Position numbers and translations under genes: made by a program. Below the pieces are notes generated by a model. The model was not told the origin of the DNA. It did not search any database and saw nothing but the letters and a program-made list of their open reading frames with translations. Of a stretch of DNA of 64,000 nucleotides, positions 44,236 through 60,120 are shown piece after piece. Where the stretch lies: assembly GCF_009914755.1 (NCBI RefSeq), contig NC_060929.1. One strand, given 5' to 3'. This stretch comes from the human T2T-CHM13v2.0 reference genome, Homo sapiens. The stretch's first letter is position 1. Each line of letters opens with the position of its first letter.

Positions 44236-45631
44236 TATGTGCATTTGGGGGAGATTTGATTTTTGTCATAGTAGCCTCCAAACACTGGATCAAGTGTTTT
44301 AAACTAATTTGCTAAGCAATGTGATTGTGATTGTAATTGTAATTCAGATTTTTTTAAATAAAAGAAAGGCCGTATAAATATTTTTATTAAGTCTGAATGT
44401 AGAAAGTGTCATTCCCGAAAATTAATTATACATGAATAGATCTGTATGTTTATGTTTTCCAAATATTTGTGTGCAGTGTTTCTGTGTATTACACAAGCTT
44501 TTTTAGAGGATCAATATCCTTGTCTGATGCCTCCATTCACATTACAGAAATAAAGTAGAAGCAAATACTATGAATGATAGTACCAAAATATTGGTCCCTT
44601 TTAACGTTTTCTTAATGTGTCATAGTTACAAATATTAAAAAGTATTATTTTGAGCATTTTGGGATAAATATTTTAATGTATATCTAAGAACAGCAACGAA
44701 CTTATCATCTTTGTAACTACTAAATCTACTTATGTTGTAGATGGATTTATTTTACAGGATAGTTCCTTACCTTGGCACTGTAAAAATAACCAGTTATTTT
44801 ATAAAAGGCCTGGTTCAGCTCAGCATTTGAATTCTAAGTAATTAGTCCTGCTCATTTCCATTTAGATGAAAGCCTGATTAAAGCACAATGGCACTCTGGC
44901 TTCTTAATATAAACTTTTATATTTTTTGATAGGAGCATGTAATTTCCTTATGCCACTAAACAGACTGAAATTTGGATGCCACTTAAGCACTAAATGTTTG
45001 TTTTAGTCACATTTTCATTATGACACACTCATGTTTCAAGGTAATGTAAGTGTATTCAAGGTATGTAAGTGTATGACGATTTATAGTAACATTTTCCACA
45101 GAACAATATTTTAATTATTACAGTCAACTTGAAGATGATTAGTCTGTGAGAAGAAACATGTGAAAAATAAAAGGGTGAATAAAACAATGGAAAATTAACA
45201 TTGAGGATAATAATAAAGGTGTGAACAAAAATGTTGGGAAACAAGAACTTAAGTAATCATCTATGCAACTACAAACAGATTAATATATTGGGCAGACTAT
45301 AACATTTTAAAGATAAAATGTGAGTCCATTAAGAGCTTTATGACAGTTCTACAAATTGTGTTTTGTTTTGTTTTTGGCAAAGTCTGTCTGGACAGGTGAT
45401 TTGGTTTTTGATTTTAGAGACTGAGAAACATTTCAGTACAGCATGGCACGTGGCCCTAAATTGGTAGCAACACATAATTTACTTATTAATCCAATCATTG
45501 TTATTTTCTCAGTAGCCTACAACAGTTAACCTTATGTCATTGGGGCCTGGATAATTGTCACTACAAATAAAAACAAGCATCAAAAGCATAGAATGTGGGT
45601 CTCTTAAAAGTAGTTGTTTCTGTAAACCACA

Positions 45632-45850
45632 ACTGTGGCTCTCAACGTGGGCCAGTTTGGCTCTCCAGAGGACACTGGCAATGGCAGAAGATTATTTTTT
45701 CCAGTTTTCAGAGTCAGAAGTAAGGAGTGCTATTATATCTAGCAAGTTAGGCTGAGTATAATCCTGAACATGCAAAAATGAACAGAACAGACTCTGCAAC
45801 AGCGACAAAATATTATCTAATCCATAATAGGGCCAAGGTAGAAATACTTG
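45632..45850 (+). mobile_element. MER20 (hAT DNA transposon)
   Basis: ctgtggctctcaacgtggg...ccagaggacactggcaatg...gtgctattatatctag...gccaaggtagaaatacttg follows the MER20 consensus. Confidence 0.7.
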
Positions 45851-46477
45851 GATCCAGAATAAGCTAATACTAAATTCTTTGCAGTTATTATTAAAAAGAA
45901 AAAGTAATTCAAAAGCATTACAGATTAAGACATATTTGAAAATATGCAAGCTTGCCAGAATATATCTAATTTAGGTATGATATGTTTGGAAAAAAATTGG
46001 TATAGAAGGCTATAGGAGCTTTTCCAAAGTTGTATTTTGTGATTCATGTATGTAAGTGCTAATCTAGGAAAAATAATAGCTTGTCATTACATAGTTAGGA
46101 TAATAATTGCTTTTATAACATTGGATATCAGATACCAATACTGAATTCTCTCCTGTTAATATCTGAGAACAACACATTTTTCTACTTATTATACATACAT
46201 ACTATTTCACTAATCTTTGAATTATCCACTCATTTTTTTCTCTTCCTCCTCACTTTCAAATAATAACCTATTAACCTAATTCACAGGTTAATCTATTAAC
46301 CTAAACCATCAGCCCTTGTGAGAAAGAATTAAAAAGCTGCATCAGTTTCCAGGAATAATGTTCCAAACTTTACTGAGTATGTTTTTGCATTCGTTTCATT
46401 TTAAGGGATTTTTTTTTTCTGTCAAAGAAAAATATCCATCTAATTGTTCTTGTTGTCCTCCATTAGTGACTTATTAA

Positions 46478-46844
<367 letters not shown>

Positions 46845-47008
46845 ACCTGTGTTTTCTCTACTTTATTAGTCTCATCCAGTATACATATTAGATCATTACT
46901 TTCACATTCAAATATGCTCTAAAATCACTAACCTTAAATAGAAAAAAAAATGACAGAAAAAAAAGACATTTAAAAAATTAGCAAAGTCCTTCTCTTTAAC
47001 ATCAGGCC

Positions 47009-47549
47009 AAGAAAATGACCTTATTATTGTCTTTACTTGAAGATTATGTATGATCTCAGGAGATTTGTATGGGTTCAAGTTGACAAGGGGTAGACTTGTG
47101 ATGGTTAATGCTGAGTGTCAATTTCATTAGATTGAAGGATGCAAATTACTGATACTGGGTGTGTCTGTGAGGGTGTTGCCAAAGGAGATTAACATTTGAG
47201 TCAGTGACCTGAGAAAGGCAGACCCACCCTTAATCTGGGTGGGCACCATCTAATCAGCTGCCAGCATGGCCAGGATATAAAGCAGGCAGAAAAACATGAA
47301 AAGGCTTGACTGGCTTAGTCTCTCAGCCTGCATCTTTCTCCTGTGCTGGATGCTTCCTGCCCAAGTTCAGACTCCGAGTTCTTCAGCTTTGGGCCTCAGA
47401 CTGGCCTCATTGCTCCTCAGCTTGCAGATGGTTTATTGTGGAACCTTTTGATTTTGTGAGCTAATACTACTTAAAAAACTCCTCTCTTTCTCTCTCTCTC
47501 TCTATATGCATATTCTATTAGTTCTGTCCCTCTAGAGAATCCTACTACA
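47009..47549 (+). mobile_element. MLT2A-type LTR (47097-47549) preceded by ~90 bp of HERVL internal 3' end including the PPT
   Basis: gaaaatgaccttattattgtc...caagttgacaaggggtagact|tgtgatggttaatgctgagtgtcaa; ends gttctgtccctctagagaatcctactaca. Confidence 0.85.
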
Positions 47550-47724
47550 TGATTCTACCACTAAAAGATAATAATATATTTTATTCACGTTTATATTTGT
47601 ATCTATAGTCATATTTATATTTGGAGAAGGCTGCTGGAAAGAAAATGGGGAAATTTCCCTCATTTAAAAAAAATCACACAAGTAGAATTATCTCCATTTT
47701 CCACCAGATGTTCTTCTGTTTGCA

Positions 47725-47965
47725 TACAGAGTCATAGCCATTTTACTCTCATGAAGGGAGGGAGCTTGGGAACAAAGCCACCATGCTGAGCAGGGAAAGT
47801 CATAAGGAACGAAGGAGGGCTCTTGACATCATTCAATCACTGAATTAAACAACTCTGGGAGTTCCTGACCTCTTAGATCTTTGCAATATGAGATAATAAA
47901 CTTCCCTTACAGAGTTGAGATTCTGTGGGTTTTTTTCAGGCAAAAAGCATTATATTTAGTGCAGT
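47725..47965 (+). mobile_element. Old MLT1 (K/L-like) fragment
   Basis: gacatcattcaatcactgaattaaac...atatgagataataaacttccctt resembles an MLT1K/L 3' half. Confidence 0.4.
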
Positions 47966-49799
47966 ATGTACCCACAATTTTAGTAGAATGATTTATTAAG
48001 TTAATTCATATACAGTGCATAGCAGAGAGCTTAAGACATAAAATGCTTTAAAATTGCAATTATTACTATGGAATTTTTTATTTTTTATCATCATTAATAT
48101 TATTAATATTGTTACAATTTTACTATTTTTATGATCTAAGTAAATTTAATTTTCATGGTAGCAGTCTAATGTCTGTTTATGAAACAAAGCTAGAAAAATG
48201 TTAAAAAATACTTAAACACATAAAAAGTTCCATATTTAAGACAATTTTTTATGACAAAGATAATTTTATTTATTTTTTTTTAAAGAAACTTTTTTTATCT
48301 TACAAAATTTTCAAATGTGAAGGATTTTAAATACCTGTTCAACTCTTCAGCAGAAGATCCATGACCTAAAAATATTTCTTACCCTTATGCAACTTTGAAA
48401 ACATATTTAAGATAAGCTACATTCCTCCTTCAGGGCTGATACATTTGACTCCATAATGACAGATAAGGATATAAAATGTAAGCAAACAATAAGCATGACA
48501 AAGAGATCTTAATCATTTAAAATCTTATGTGTCTCACTAATAAAAGAGTGAACTTTTCAAAATAGTAAGGAACCAGATAGAAGAGACATAATATTTGAAA
48601 GCAAATCTACATATTTTGCTTCACTTATATTAAGTAAAGGTAACAATGGATATTTGCCTTAAAGTAAGTTAAGCACATTATTCATTCTCATTAATATTAA
48701 ATTTTAATGAAGTTCATGTAAAACATAATTTTTTAAGTTGATTTGAATGTTAACCTTATGATCAGAGTGGTCAAGAGTTCAAATAATATTTGGGAAAATT
48801 TAACACAAATGCAGCAAAACTATGCTGAGACCATTAAGCTGACTATAAAGACTATAAATTATCTAAATAACTTTAACATAACATTAGCAGTTTAAAATAT
48901 AAGCAATAATAAACTAATTGTTGTTTTTATGTTACTTCAAATAAAATATATATTTTACTGGCAAGTAAATATTATGTGAATTCAGATGCATAAATGTATG
49001 TAAAATTCATTTAACTCTGATGGTAAAAATACGTCACTTAAGTACCAAGTACATTTTGTTTTTGTGACAATAGATGCTAGTTTTAAAAATCACAGAAGTT
49101 TTTGGGTAAATACGGTTTTCTTTGTTCAAAAATGATTTCTCAAAATAAAAACTTGACATAGATTTTCCTAGAGGATCATTAGAAAAAACTAGCATCAGGA
49201 TGAAAAATCATTTGTTTCAGGCCCCTTTGAACCAAGAGGCATTTAGGCAGTGTTACCTAATCAAGCTCTTATTAAAACTGGTTTCATATAATTAACACTT
49301 CAAAATTCATATGAAAATAAAATGTTATAGTTCTTAAAGTGGCAAAAATATACCATACAGTGTATACAAGTGTTAAATTATATTAACTGCCAGGACATTT
49401 TTAGGGCAACAGGGATTTATTTTACCAGTGCCATTTATCCCTCTACTTAAAAGATTGAAATATGGATATTGAAATCTAAACATCTCACTGCTTTTTCAAA
49501 AATATATACCCTAAAATGGTTAATACAAAGCAAATTAAAAGAATGGAAGATGTTTTATACATTTACTATTAATTAAATATTGTGTTTTTTGTCTGTTTTA
49601 TTATTTTGTTGTTACTCCCATGTTACTATGCTAATAAATCAAGTTGATGTTTTACTAAATAAAATTTAGAAAATCAAGAATGAAATAACTATACACTATT
49701 TTCTTACTCTATTTCTAAGTCTAAAAAGAAGTTTATTTATACAACTTCTTTTAGGCTTTTTTTTCCTGCTAGAATTTGTTTTAATAGAGGAAAAATAAA

Positions 49800-51548
49800 C
49801 AAACAAAATTTATCTTAGCCAATCTTATGTGTATGGTTCAATGTTATTAAATACAGTCAAAATGTTCAACCATCACCACCATCCATCTCTCTCTCTCATC
49901 TTATAAAACTGAAACTATACCCATTAAAAAACAAACTCCCCATTTTCCCTTTCCAAAGGAAATCCTGACAACCATGGTTCTACTTTCTGTCTTTAGGATT
50001 TTAACTACTCGCATAGGAGTAGTAGTCACTTAGAATAATGTCCTCAGGGTTTATGCATATTGTAGCATATGTCAGAATTTCATTCATTTTTAACACTGAA
50101 TACATTTCTATTGGATGTATATATCAAATTTTACTTACTCATTTATCTGCTGGTGGACATGAGTTGCTTTCACATTTTACCTACTGTGAATAATGCATCT
50201 ATGAATATAATAAGTGTACAAATACTTCTTCAAAAACCTGCTTTCAATAGAAGGAAATCAAAACATTTTACCCCCATATGTATTTCTTTATCATATTTTG
50301 AAATGGCTGCTGCAAGGCCAGAATACTGAGGCAGAGGAAATTTGCAACTTTTGAGAATTTCCATTAATTCAGTCAAGTCTTCCTTTTCTAGCTCTTTCCC
50401 GGATATCGGAGAGATTAACTGAAAGTCTGAAATCTTTCAAAGTCTGAAAAGAAACTTTTACCATCTATTCCCTCTGAAGGCAACTACTTGTGAGGCTTCA
50501 TCTACGCAACAAGGCTTGCTAGCCAAGCCTCTTCGTTTCTCCCTCTCATAGCCCATGTTGCCACTAATACCTGTATTTGGCCATACTTTGGGCCTGCATT
50601 CTTTCTGTAATCTCAAGATGGTATATAAAATTATGTACGTTATTAAGGGGTTGATAGAATCTATATTCTGAAAAGCTCCCATGTATACACATTAAATAAG
50701 TTTGCCTGACTTTTCCGCTATTAATTTGCCTCATATAAGTGACTTTTCAGCAAAGCTTTAGGGGTCAAGGGCTTTGGCCCCCAGAAATTTTGGGGGTAAT
50801 TACCCAGAAGTTTAAAGCTGGATCATTTGGAAAATCTATTTTTAATTTTTGAGGAACAACCATACTGTTTTTCAGATCAGTGGTATCATTTTACATTCCC
50901 ACTAACAGGCCATAAGGGTTTCAATTTTTCCACATTCTTGTCAACACTTGGCATTTTCTGTGTTTTTGAAGGTAGCCATCCAAATAGGTGTAAGACAATA
51001 TATCACTGTAGTTTTGATTTATTAGGGAATCTTTTATGTGCTTATTGGCAAATGGTATGTTTTTGTTAAAGAAATGTTTATTCAAAGCCTTTGATCATTT
51101 TGAATTCAGTTGTCTTTTTTTTATTGTTGAATGTTGTAAGTTCCCTAAATATTCTGAATATCTATTAATTTTCAGATATATAATTGCAAATGTTTTTCTT
51201 TCTGTTCTGTGGGTTGTGTTTTTACTCTCTTGACAGTGTCTTTTAATGTACAGTTTTTCCATATTTATAAAGTCCAGTTTATCTATTTTTTTCTTTTGTT
51301 ATCTATGTCTTGGGTGTCATATCTAAGAAATTACAGCTAAATTAAATGTCATAAAGGTTTTGCCTTATGCTTTCTTCCAAAGGTGTTATAGTTTTTGGTC
51401 TTGCATTTAAGTTTTGACCCTAATTGACGTAAGTTTTGTGTATGTTGTTAGGTAAGGGTCCAACTTCATTCTTTGAATATGAATGTACAGGTTTCTGAAC
51501 ATTATTTTTTGAAAAGGCTGCCCTTTCCCTATTGAATAACCTTGGAAG
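49800..51548 (-). mobile_element. Old L1 (L1MA/MB-like) 3' portion, antisense, interrupted by LTRs
   Basis: aaccatcaccaccatccatctc...tttgaggaacaaccatactgttt...taggtaagggtccaacttcattcttt. Confidence 0.8.
50249..50785 (+). mobile_element. MER4-group ERV1 solo LTR (subfamily uncertain) nested in the L1
   Basis: gaaggaaatcaaaacattttacccc...catattttgaaatggctg...ttttcagcaaagctttagggg...ttggccccca; L1 ctttcaat|tttgggg resumes after it. Confidence 0.65.
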
Positions 51549-51549
51549 T

Positions 51550-52719
51550 GTTGATGAAAAAGAGTCAAATTCTGTAAACTATTTCAAGGAATTTATTATG
51601 AGCCAAATATGAGTGAACAAGGCGAAAGGCACAGTCTCAAGAGTTCCTGAGAACATGTGCTCAAGGTGGTTACAGCTTGATTTTATACATTTTAGGGGAC
51701 AAAAGTTACAGGCAGATATCAATTCATATATGTAAGGTATACATTGGTTTTGTCTGGAAAGGCAGGATAACTGAAAGCAGGAGCTTCCAGGTCATAGGTA
51801 GATTTAAAGATTTTCTTCCTTTTTTTTTTTTTTTTTTTGTTGTTGTTGTTGAGACAAAGAGTCTCGCTGTGTCGCCCAGGCTGGAGTGCAGTGGCGTGAT
51901 CTTGGCTCACTACAACCTCCGCATCCCTGGTACAACAGATTCTCCTGTCTCAACCTCTGAGTAGCTAGGATTGCAGGCATGTGCCACCACACCCGGCTAA
52001 TTTTTGTATTTTTAGTAGAGACAGGGTTTCACCATGATGACCAAGCTGGTCTTGAACTCCTGACCACAGGTGATCTGCCTGCCTCGGCTTCCCAAAAGAT
52101 TTAAAGATTTTCTGATTGGCAATTGGCTGAAAGAATTGTTATTATCTAAAGACCTGGAATCAATAGAAAGGAGTATCAGCTAAGATAAGTGGTTGTGGAA
52201 ACCAAGGTTCTTATTATGCAGATAAAGCCTCCAGGTAGCAAGTTTCAGAAATCATAGACTGTCTATTATCAGACCAAAAAGGTGCCAGACTGTTAGTTAA
52301 TCTCTCCTGGATTAGGAAAAGACCTGGAAAGGGAAGGGGATTTTCTATAGAACGTAGATTTCCCCACAAGGAATGGCTTTTCGGGGCCATTTCAAATATA
52401 TATTTTGAGGTAAATTATTTTGATTTCTTTCAGGGCCTGCTATCTGTCATGTGAGACTATACTAGAGTCAGGTTGGAATTTAGTATCTTATTGCTATGAT
52501 GAGTTTATTTCCTCACTCTTAAGATGTCTCTTTAAATGTTTATGCTGGTCCCTTGTGCCTGAATTCCAAACGGAAGAGAGTATAATGAGGCATGTCCCAA
52601 CTCCCTTCCTGTCATGCATGGCCTGAACTATTTTTTTGAGTTTAACTTTTGAATGCCCTTGGCTGAGAGGGGATCCATTCAGTTTGTCAGGGGGCTTAGA
52701 ATTTTATTTCTGGTTTATA
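51550..52719 (-). mobile_element. MER4E-like solo LTR split by an Alu
   Basis: tgttgatgaaaaagagtcaaattctgtaaa...gggcctgctatctgtcatgtga...ggggcttagaattttatttctggtttata; inverted homologue of 8666-10006. Confidence 0.85.
51817..52096 (-). mobile_element. AluS, 5'-truncated by ~35 bp
   Basis: Perfect 17-bp TSD agatttaaagattttct (51800-51816 and 52097-52113); Alu stops at cttcccaaa. Confidence 0.93.
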
Positions 52720-54324
52720 GCACTCTTGTCATAAATCTGAATTTACAGGTGTTCCCACAAGTATTCCTATGGGTATCTGGTTACTTAGACTTGCTGAGGG
52801 GTTTGTTTTTTGAAAATTTAAATAACTTTAAAACTTTGGTTTTCTCTTAATCTTGAAAGATTTACCTGAACTGGGTCAGTATCTCTGTCAATATGTGTAG
52901 TATACTAACATGTCAATGTGCTCCTTTCTCCATCAGTTTCCCTTACAGTCTGTTCAAAGAAATATTTCTACTTACTACTCCCCATGGTAAAATACATGTC
53001 CTAGGTATTTATCTCAAACTTCAGCTGAAAGAAGATTAAAAAGAGTCAAATATTAGAACCATGAACAATGCCAACGATTAGTAAGGAGCTATAAATACAA
53101 ATACAGATACAGCTATGGTAGATATGTTAATATTATAGTCTCCTAGGGAAATTGTCATATTAGTTGATAGAAACAATTCTTTCAGTGTACATGTAGAAGC
53201 CATTATATGGTTTTGTGTGTGTGTATATATATATATGTGTTTATATCTATACCTATCTAATATATATGTGTATAAATAAATGGAAATCTACATTCCAAAT
53301 TTGCATTTATCTAAATATTAAGAACATTTTATAACAAGAAAATTTAATCACAAATAGTTTTATTTTTCTAATTTCCCTCAAAATTTTTATTTAATTATAA
53401 AATGGAACATATAATCTAATTTCCTAAATAACCTTGGCGTAGATGTTAATTTTCAACTCTTTTTTGTTTATGGTGTGTATAAATAATAATACATATGAAA
53501 TTCTAAAATCTTAGTAGCAACTTTAGATATAGATAAATCTACGTACAGGAAAATGCATGCTAGACAATAGATTAAGAAGTTAAAAAGTTAAAGTGATGAA
53601 AATTGAAAAAATATTACAGCGTGGAAGGGATGTTAAAATTGAACTAAATTACACTTTACCCACTAAAGCATGTGATCAGAAATCCTTGTTCGTCTTAATT
53701 GGACTGAATTGATCAGAGGCTAGCGTTGTTTGTAATGATTTTTTAGAAAGATATCTTAATTATTCTGTGGAGTACTGCCATAAAGTAGGTAAAGTCAATC
53801 AATTTAATGCAATTTCACTCTTTGTAAATAACCTTCAAGCCTGAGAGAAAGGAAATTTAAAAAAAGTTTTAAATGGTCTGTATGTCTCTTTTTAAGTATA
53901 TAAAGTTAATCCACACAATTTAACCATATAATAATGCATTTATTTAGCAAAAATTTTCCTGATCCATTGAAATCCAACAGCATGAGAAGACTTTTGATGC
54001 TTTGTTATGGTGCAGCATTTAGGAAATAAAGTATTTAACAGAAGATCTAGATGACAATGAGACTCAATGAGAAACAACTTAAAAATTGTAATTCTAAATG
54101 AAAGTAACTAACAGTTTGACTACAGCTTCCTAAACTTTGAAACATAAAATATACATATGTTCTTTCACAATAATGACATTTAAATATATTAAGAGAATTT
54201 CAGTTAGTGTATGACAAAACTGCTTATCTTCTTAACTTTATTTTTTGAACAATACTTTTTGATGTATTTTCCCTGATAACTGCCTAAATTATACTAAATT
54301 TCCTTTAAATTTTTAAACCATACA

Positions 54325-56582
54325 TGATATCGTTTTTCTGTGTCCCCACTCAAATCTCATCTTGAATTCCCATGTGTTGTGGGAGGGACCTGGAGGGAGG
54401 TAACTGAATCATGGAGTCAGGTTTTCCCATGCTGTTCTCATGATAGTAAATAAGTCTCATGAGATCTGATGTTTTTAAAAAGAAGAGTTCTCCAGCACAA
54501 GCTCTCTTTGCCTACCACCATCAACGTACAATGTGACTTGCTCCTCCTTTCCTTCCATGATGATTGTGAGGCTTCCCCAGCCACGTGGAACTGTAAGTCC
54601 ATTAAACCTCTTTCTTTTGTAAATTGCCCAGTCTCGGGTATGTCTTTATCAGCAGCATGAGAATGGACTAATACAGTAAACTGGTACCAGTAGAGTAGGG
54701 TGCTACTGAAAAGATACCTGAAAAAGTGGTAGCAACTTTGGAATGGGGTAACAGGCAGAGGTTGGAACAGTTTGGAGGGTTCAAAAGAAGACAGGAAAGT
54801 GTGAAAAATTTTGGAACTCCCTAGAGACTTGCTGAATGGCTTTGACAAAAATGCTGATAATGATATGGACAATGAAATCCAGGCTGAGATAGTCTCAGAT
54901 GGAGATGAAGAACTTGTTGGGAACTGGAGCAAAGGTGACTTTTGCTATGTTTTTAGCAAAGAGACTGGTGGCATTTTCCCCTGCCCTAGAGATTCGTGGA
55001 ACTTTGAAATTGAGTGAGACGATTTAGGGTATCTGGAGGAAGAAATTTCTAAGCAGCAAAGCATTCAAGAAGTGATGGGTGCTGTTAAAGGCATTCAGTT
55101 TTAGAAGGGAAACAGCATCAAAATTCAGAAAATTTGCAGCCTGACAATGCAATAGGAAATAGAAACCCATTTTCTGAGGAAAAATTCAAGCTGCCTGCAG
55201 ATATTTGCATAAGTAATGAGAAGCTGAATGTTAATCACCAAGACCATGAGAAAAATATCTCCAGGACATCAGAGACCTTTGTGGCAGCCCCCTCCCATGA
55301 AAGGCCCAGAGACCTAGGAGGAAAAAATGGTTTTGTGGGGCTGGCCCAGGTTCCCTCTACTGTGTGCAGTCTAGGGACTTGGCATCCTGTGTCCCAGCCA
55401 CTCCAGCTGTGGCTGAAAGGGTCCAAGGTACAGTTCAGGCCATGGCTTCAAAGGGTGCAAGCCCCAAGTCTCGGCAGCTTTCACAAGGTGTTAAGCCTGT
55501 GAGTGCAAGGAAGTCAAGAATTGAGGTTTGGGAACCTCCACCTATGTTTCAAATGATGTATGGAAACACCTGGGTGCCCTGGCAGAAGTTTGCTGCAGGG
55601 GCGGGGCCCTCATAGAGGGCCCTCTACTAGGGCAGTACAGAAGGGAAATGTGGGTTGGAGCCCCAACACAGAGCCCCACTGGGGACACTGCCTAGTGGAG
55701 CTTTGAGAAGAGGGCCACCATTCTCCAGACCCCAGAATGGTAGACCCACTGACAGCTTGCACTATGCACTTGGAAAAGACACAGACACTCAACACCAGCC
55801 CATGAAAGCAGCCAGAAGGGAGGCTGTACCCTGCACAGCTACAGGGGCAGAGCTGCCCAAGACCATGGGAACCCAACTGTTGCATCAGCATGACCCAGAT
55901 GTGAGAATTGGAGTCAAAGAAGATCATTTTGGAGCTTTAAGATTTGACTGTCCTTCTAGATTTTGGACTTACATGAGGTTTGTAGTCCCTTTGTTTTGGC
56001 CAATTTCTCCCATTTGGAATGGCTCTATTTACCCAATGCCTATACCCCCATTGTATCTAGGAAGTAACTAACTTGCTTTTGATTTTACAGTCTGATAGGC
56101 TGAAGGGACTTGCCTTGTCTCAGATGAGATGTTGGACTGTTGACTTTAGAGTTAATGCTGAAATGAGTTAAGACTTTGGGGGACTGTTGGAAGGCATGAT
56201 TTGTTTTGAAATGTGAGGACATGATATTTGGAGTGGAATGATATGGTTTGGCTGTGTCCCCACCCAAATCTCATCTTGAATTCCCAAGTGTTGTGGGAGA
56301 GACCTGGTGGGACGTAATTGAATCATGGGGGCAGGTCTTTCCCATGCTGGTCTAGTGATAGTGAATAAGTCTCACAAGATCTGATGGTTTTAAAAAAAAG
56401 GAGTTCCCCTGCACAAGTTATCTTTCTTTGCCTGCCGCCATCCATGTAAGACGTGACTTGCTCCTCCTTGCTTCTGAAATGATTGTGAGGCCTCCCCAGC
56501 CATGTGTAATTGTAAGTCCATTATACCTCTTTCTTGTGTAAATTGGGTACGTCTTTATCAGCACATGAGAACAGACTACAAA
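54325..56582 (+). mobile_element. Complete THE1 (A/B-type) MaLR element: LTR 54325-54675, internal 54676-56238, LTR 56239-~56582
   Basis: Two direct ~350-bp LTRs; THE1-int start gtaaactggtaccagtagagt; candidate TSD ataca (54320-54324 and 56583-56587); internal ORF broken. Confidence 0.93.
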
Positions 56583-56745
56583 ATACATATTCAAATTTAA
56601 ATTTTGGAATGTTTGTATGTGATGATCATATACTGTGATATGTCTGCAAACAAGAGAAAATTTTAGAAGACTAAATGTAAAACCTGGAGTGACCAGTGAT
56701 GCCCTGATAAAAAATAATTAGAGTTAAGGTGATAATTTAGATTGG

Positions 56746-56887
56746 AAAGCAAGCAAGCAAGCAAGACAAAAAAAGAGAGAAAGAGAGGAAGGAAGGAAGG
56801 AGAAGAAAAGAAAGAAAGAAAAAGAAAGAAAGAGAAAAGAAAGAAAAAGAAAAGAAAGGAAGGAAGGAAAGAGAAAGAAAGAAGGAA
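56746..56887. repeat. Purine-rich (GCAA)n/(GAAA)n/(GGAA)n low-complexity tract
   Basis: Seen directly. Confidence 0.9.
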
Positions 56888-57699
56888 CAACCCTCTGGTG
56901 GCATAATTTGTATCTGATTTCTTAATTAGATGTATTTGATGTGTGAATAGATTGTAAGTACATAGCTGAATGTCAGGCAAGTCTACCTTTTGCTTCTTAA
57001 TTACTCATGCTAAATGGAAATCTTTGTAATTGACAAATCCTGCCCGTGTATTCATCTTATAAAAAAGAAAAACTTGAAAGTTTATATTTAACTATAATTG
57101 ATATAATCAGAAGTCTCACTAATTTTATAACATTCTTCTCTTAGATGTGAAAACAGTGACTTGCCTGTAGAAACTGAAAGTTTATTGTAAAGCAGTTCAT
57201 GCCAAAGATGGTGAATACTCTTCAGGAAGCCTAACAGGCAATCTGTCTAAACATAACTAATGCTCATGACAGTAAAGTTAGATAAATAGAATGGTAGGTG
57301 ATGATATAATCATATTTCCTTTCCTAAAGATACCTGAGTTCTCCACCACAAAAAGGAATTAATTTATTATAATGAAGAGATTATGAAAATTTCCATTTGA
57401 GAGAGAAAGGCTAAGAAATGTTGGAGAAGTGTAATAGTACATATCATAGCCTAGATTAATTAAATTGGCTACAATATTGGTATCCACCTGATAATTCACT
57501 AATATAATATATCTTGGGGCCATGAAAGTCATATCACATACAGAAATAAACCAAACTAATAATAAAAATGTATAATATACTATAATTCTACTATAATATC
57601 TATATCTGTACTTTCTGCTAGGCCCAATTCATAAGATAACCCTCTTGTAACCCAATTCCCTGAAATGAATTTAAATAGAATATGGAATTAAAACTATCT

Positions 57700-60120
<2,421 letters not shown>

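Noticed and set aside
54438-56071. ORFs of 105-164 aa
   Set aside because: Fragments or antisense frames of the THE1 LTR and internal region, broken by stops and frameshifts.
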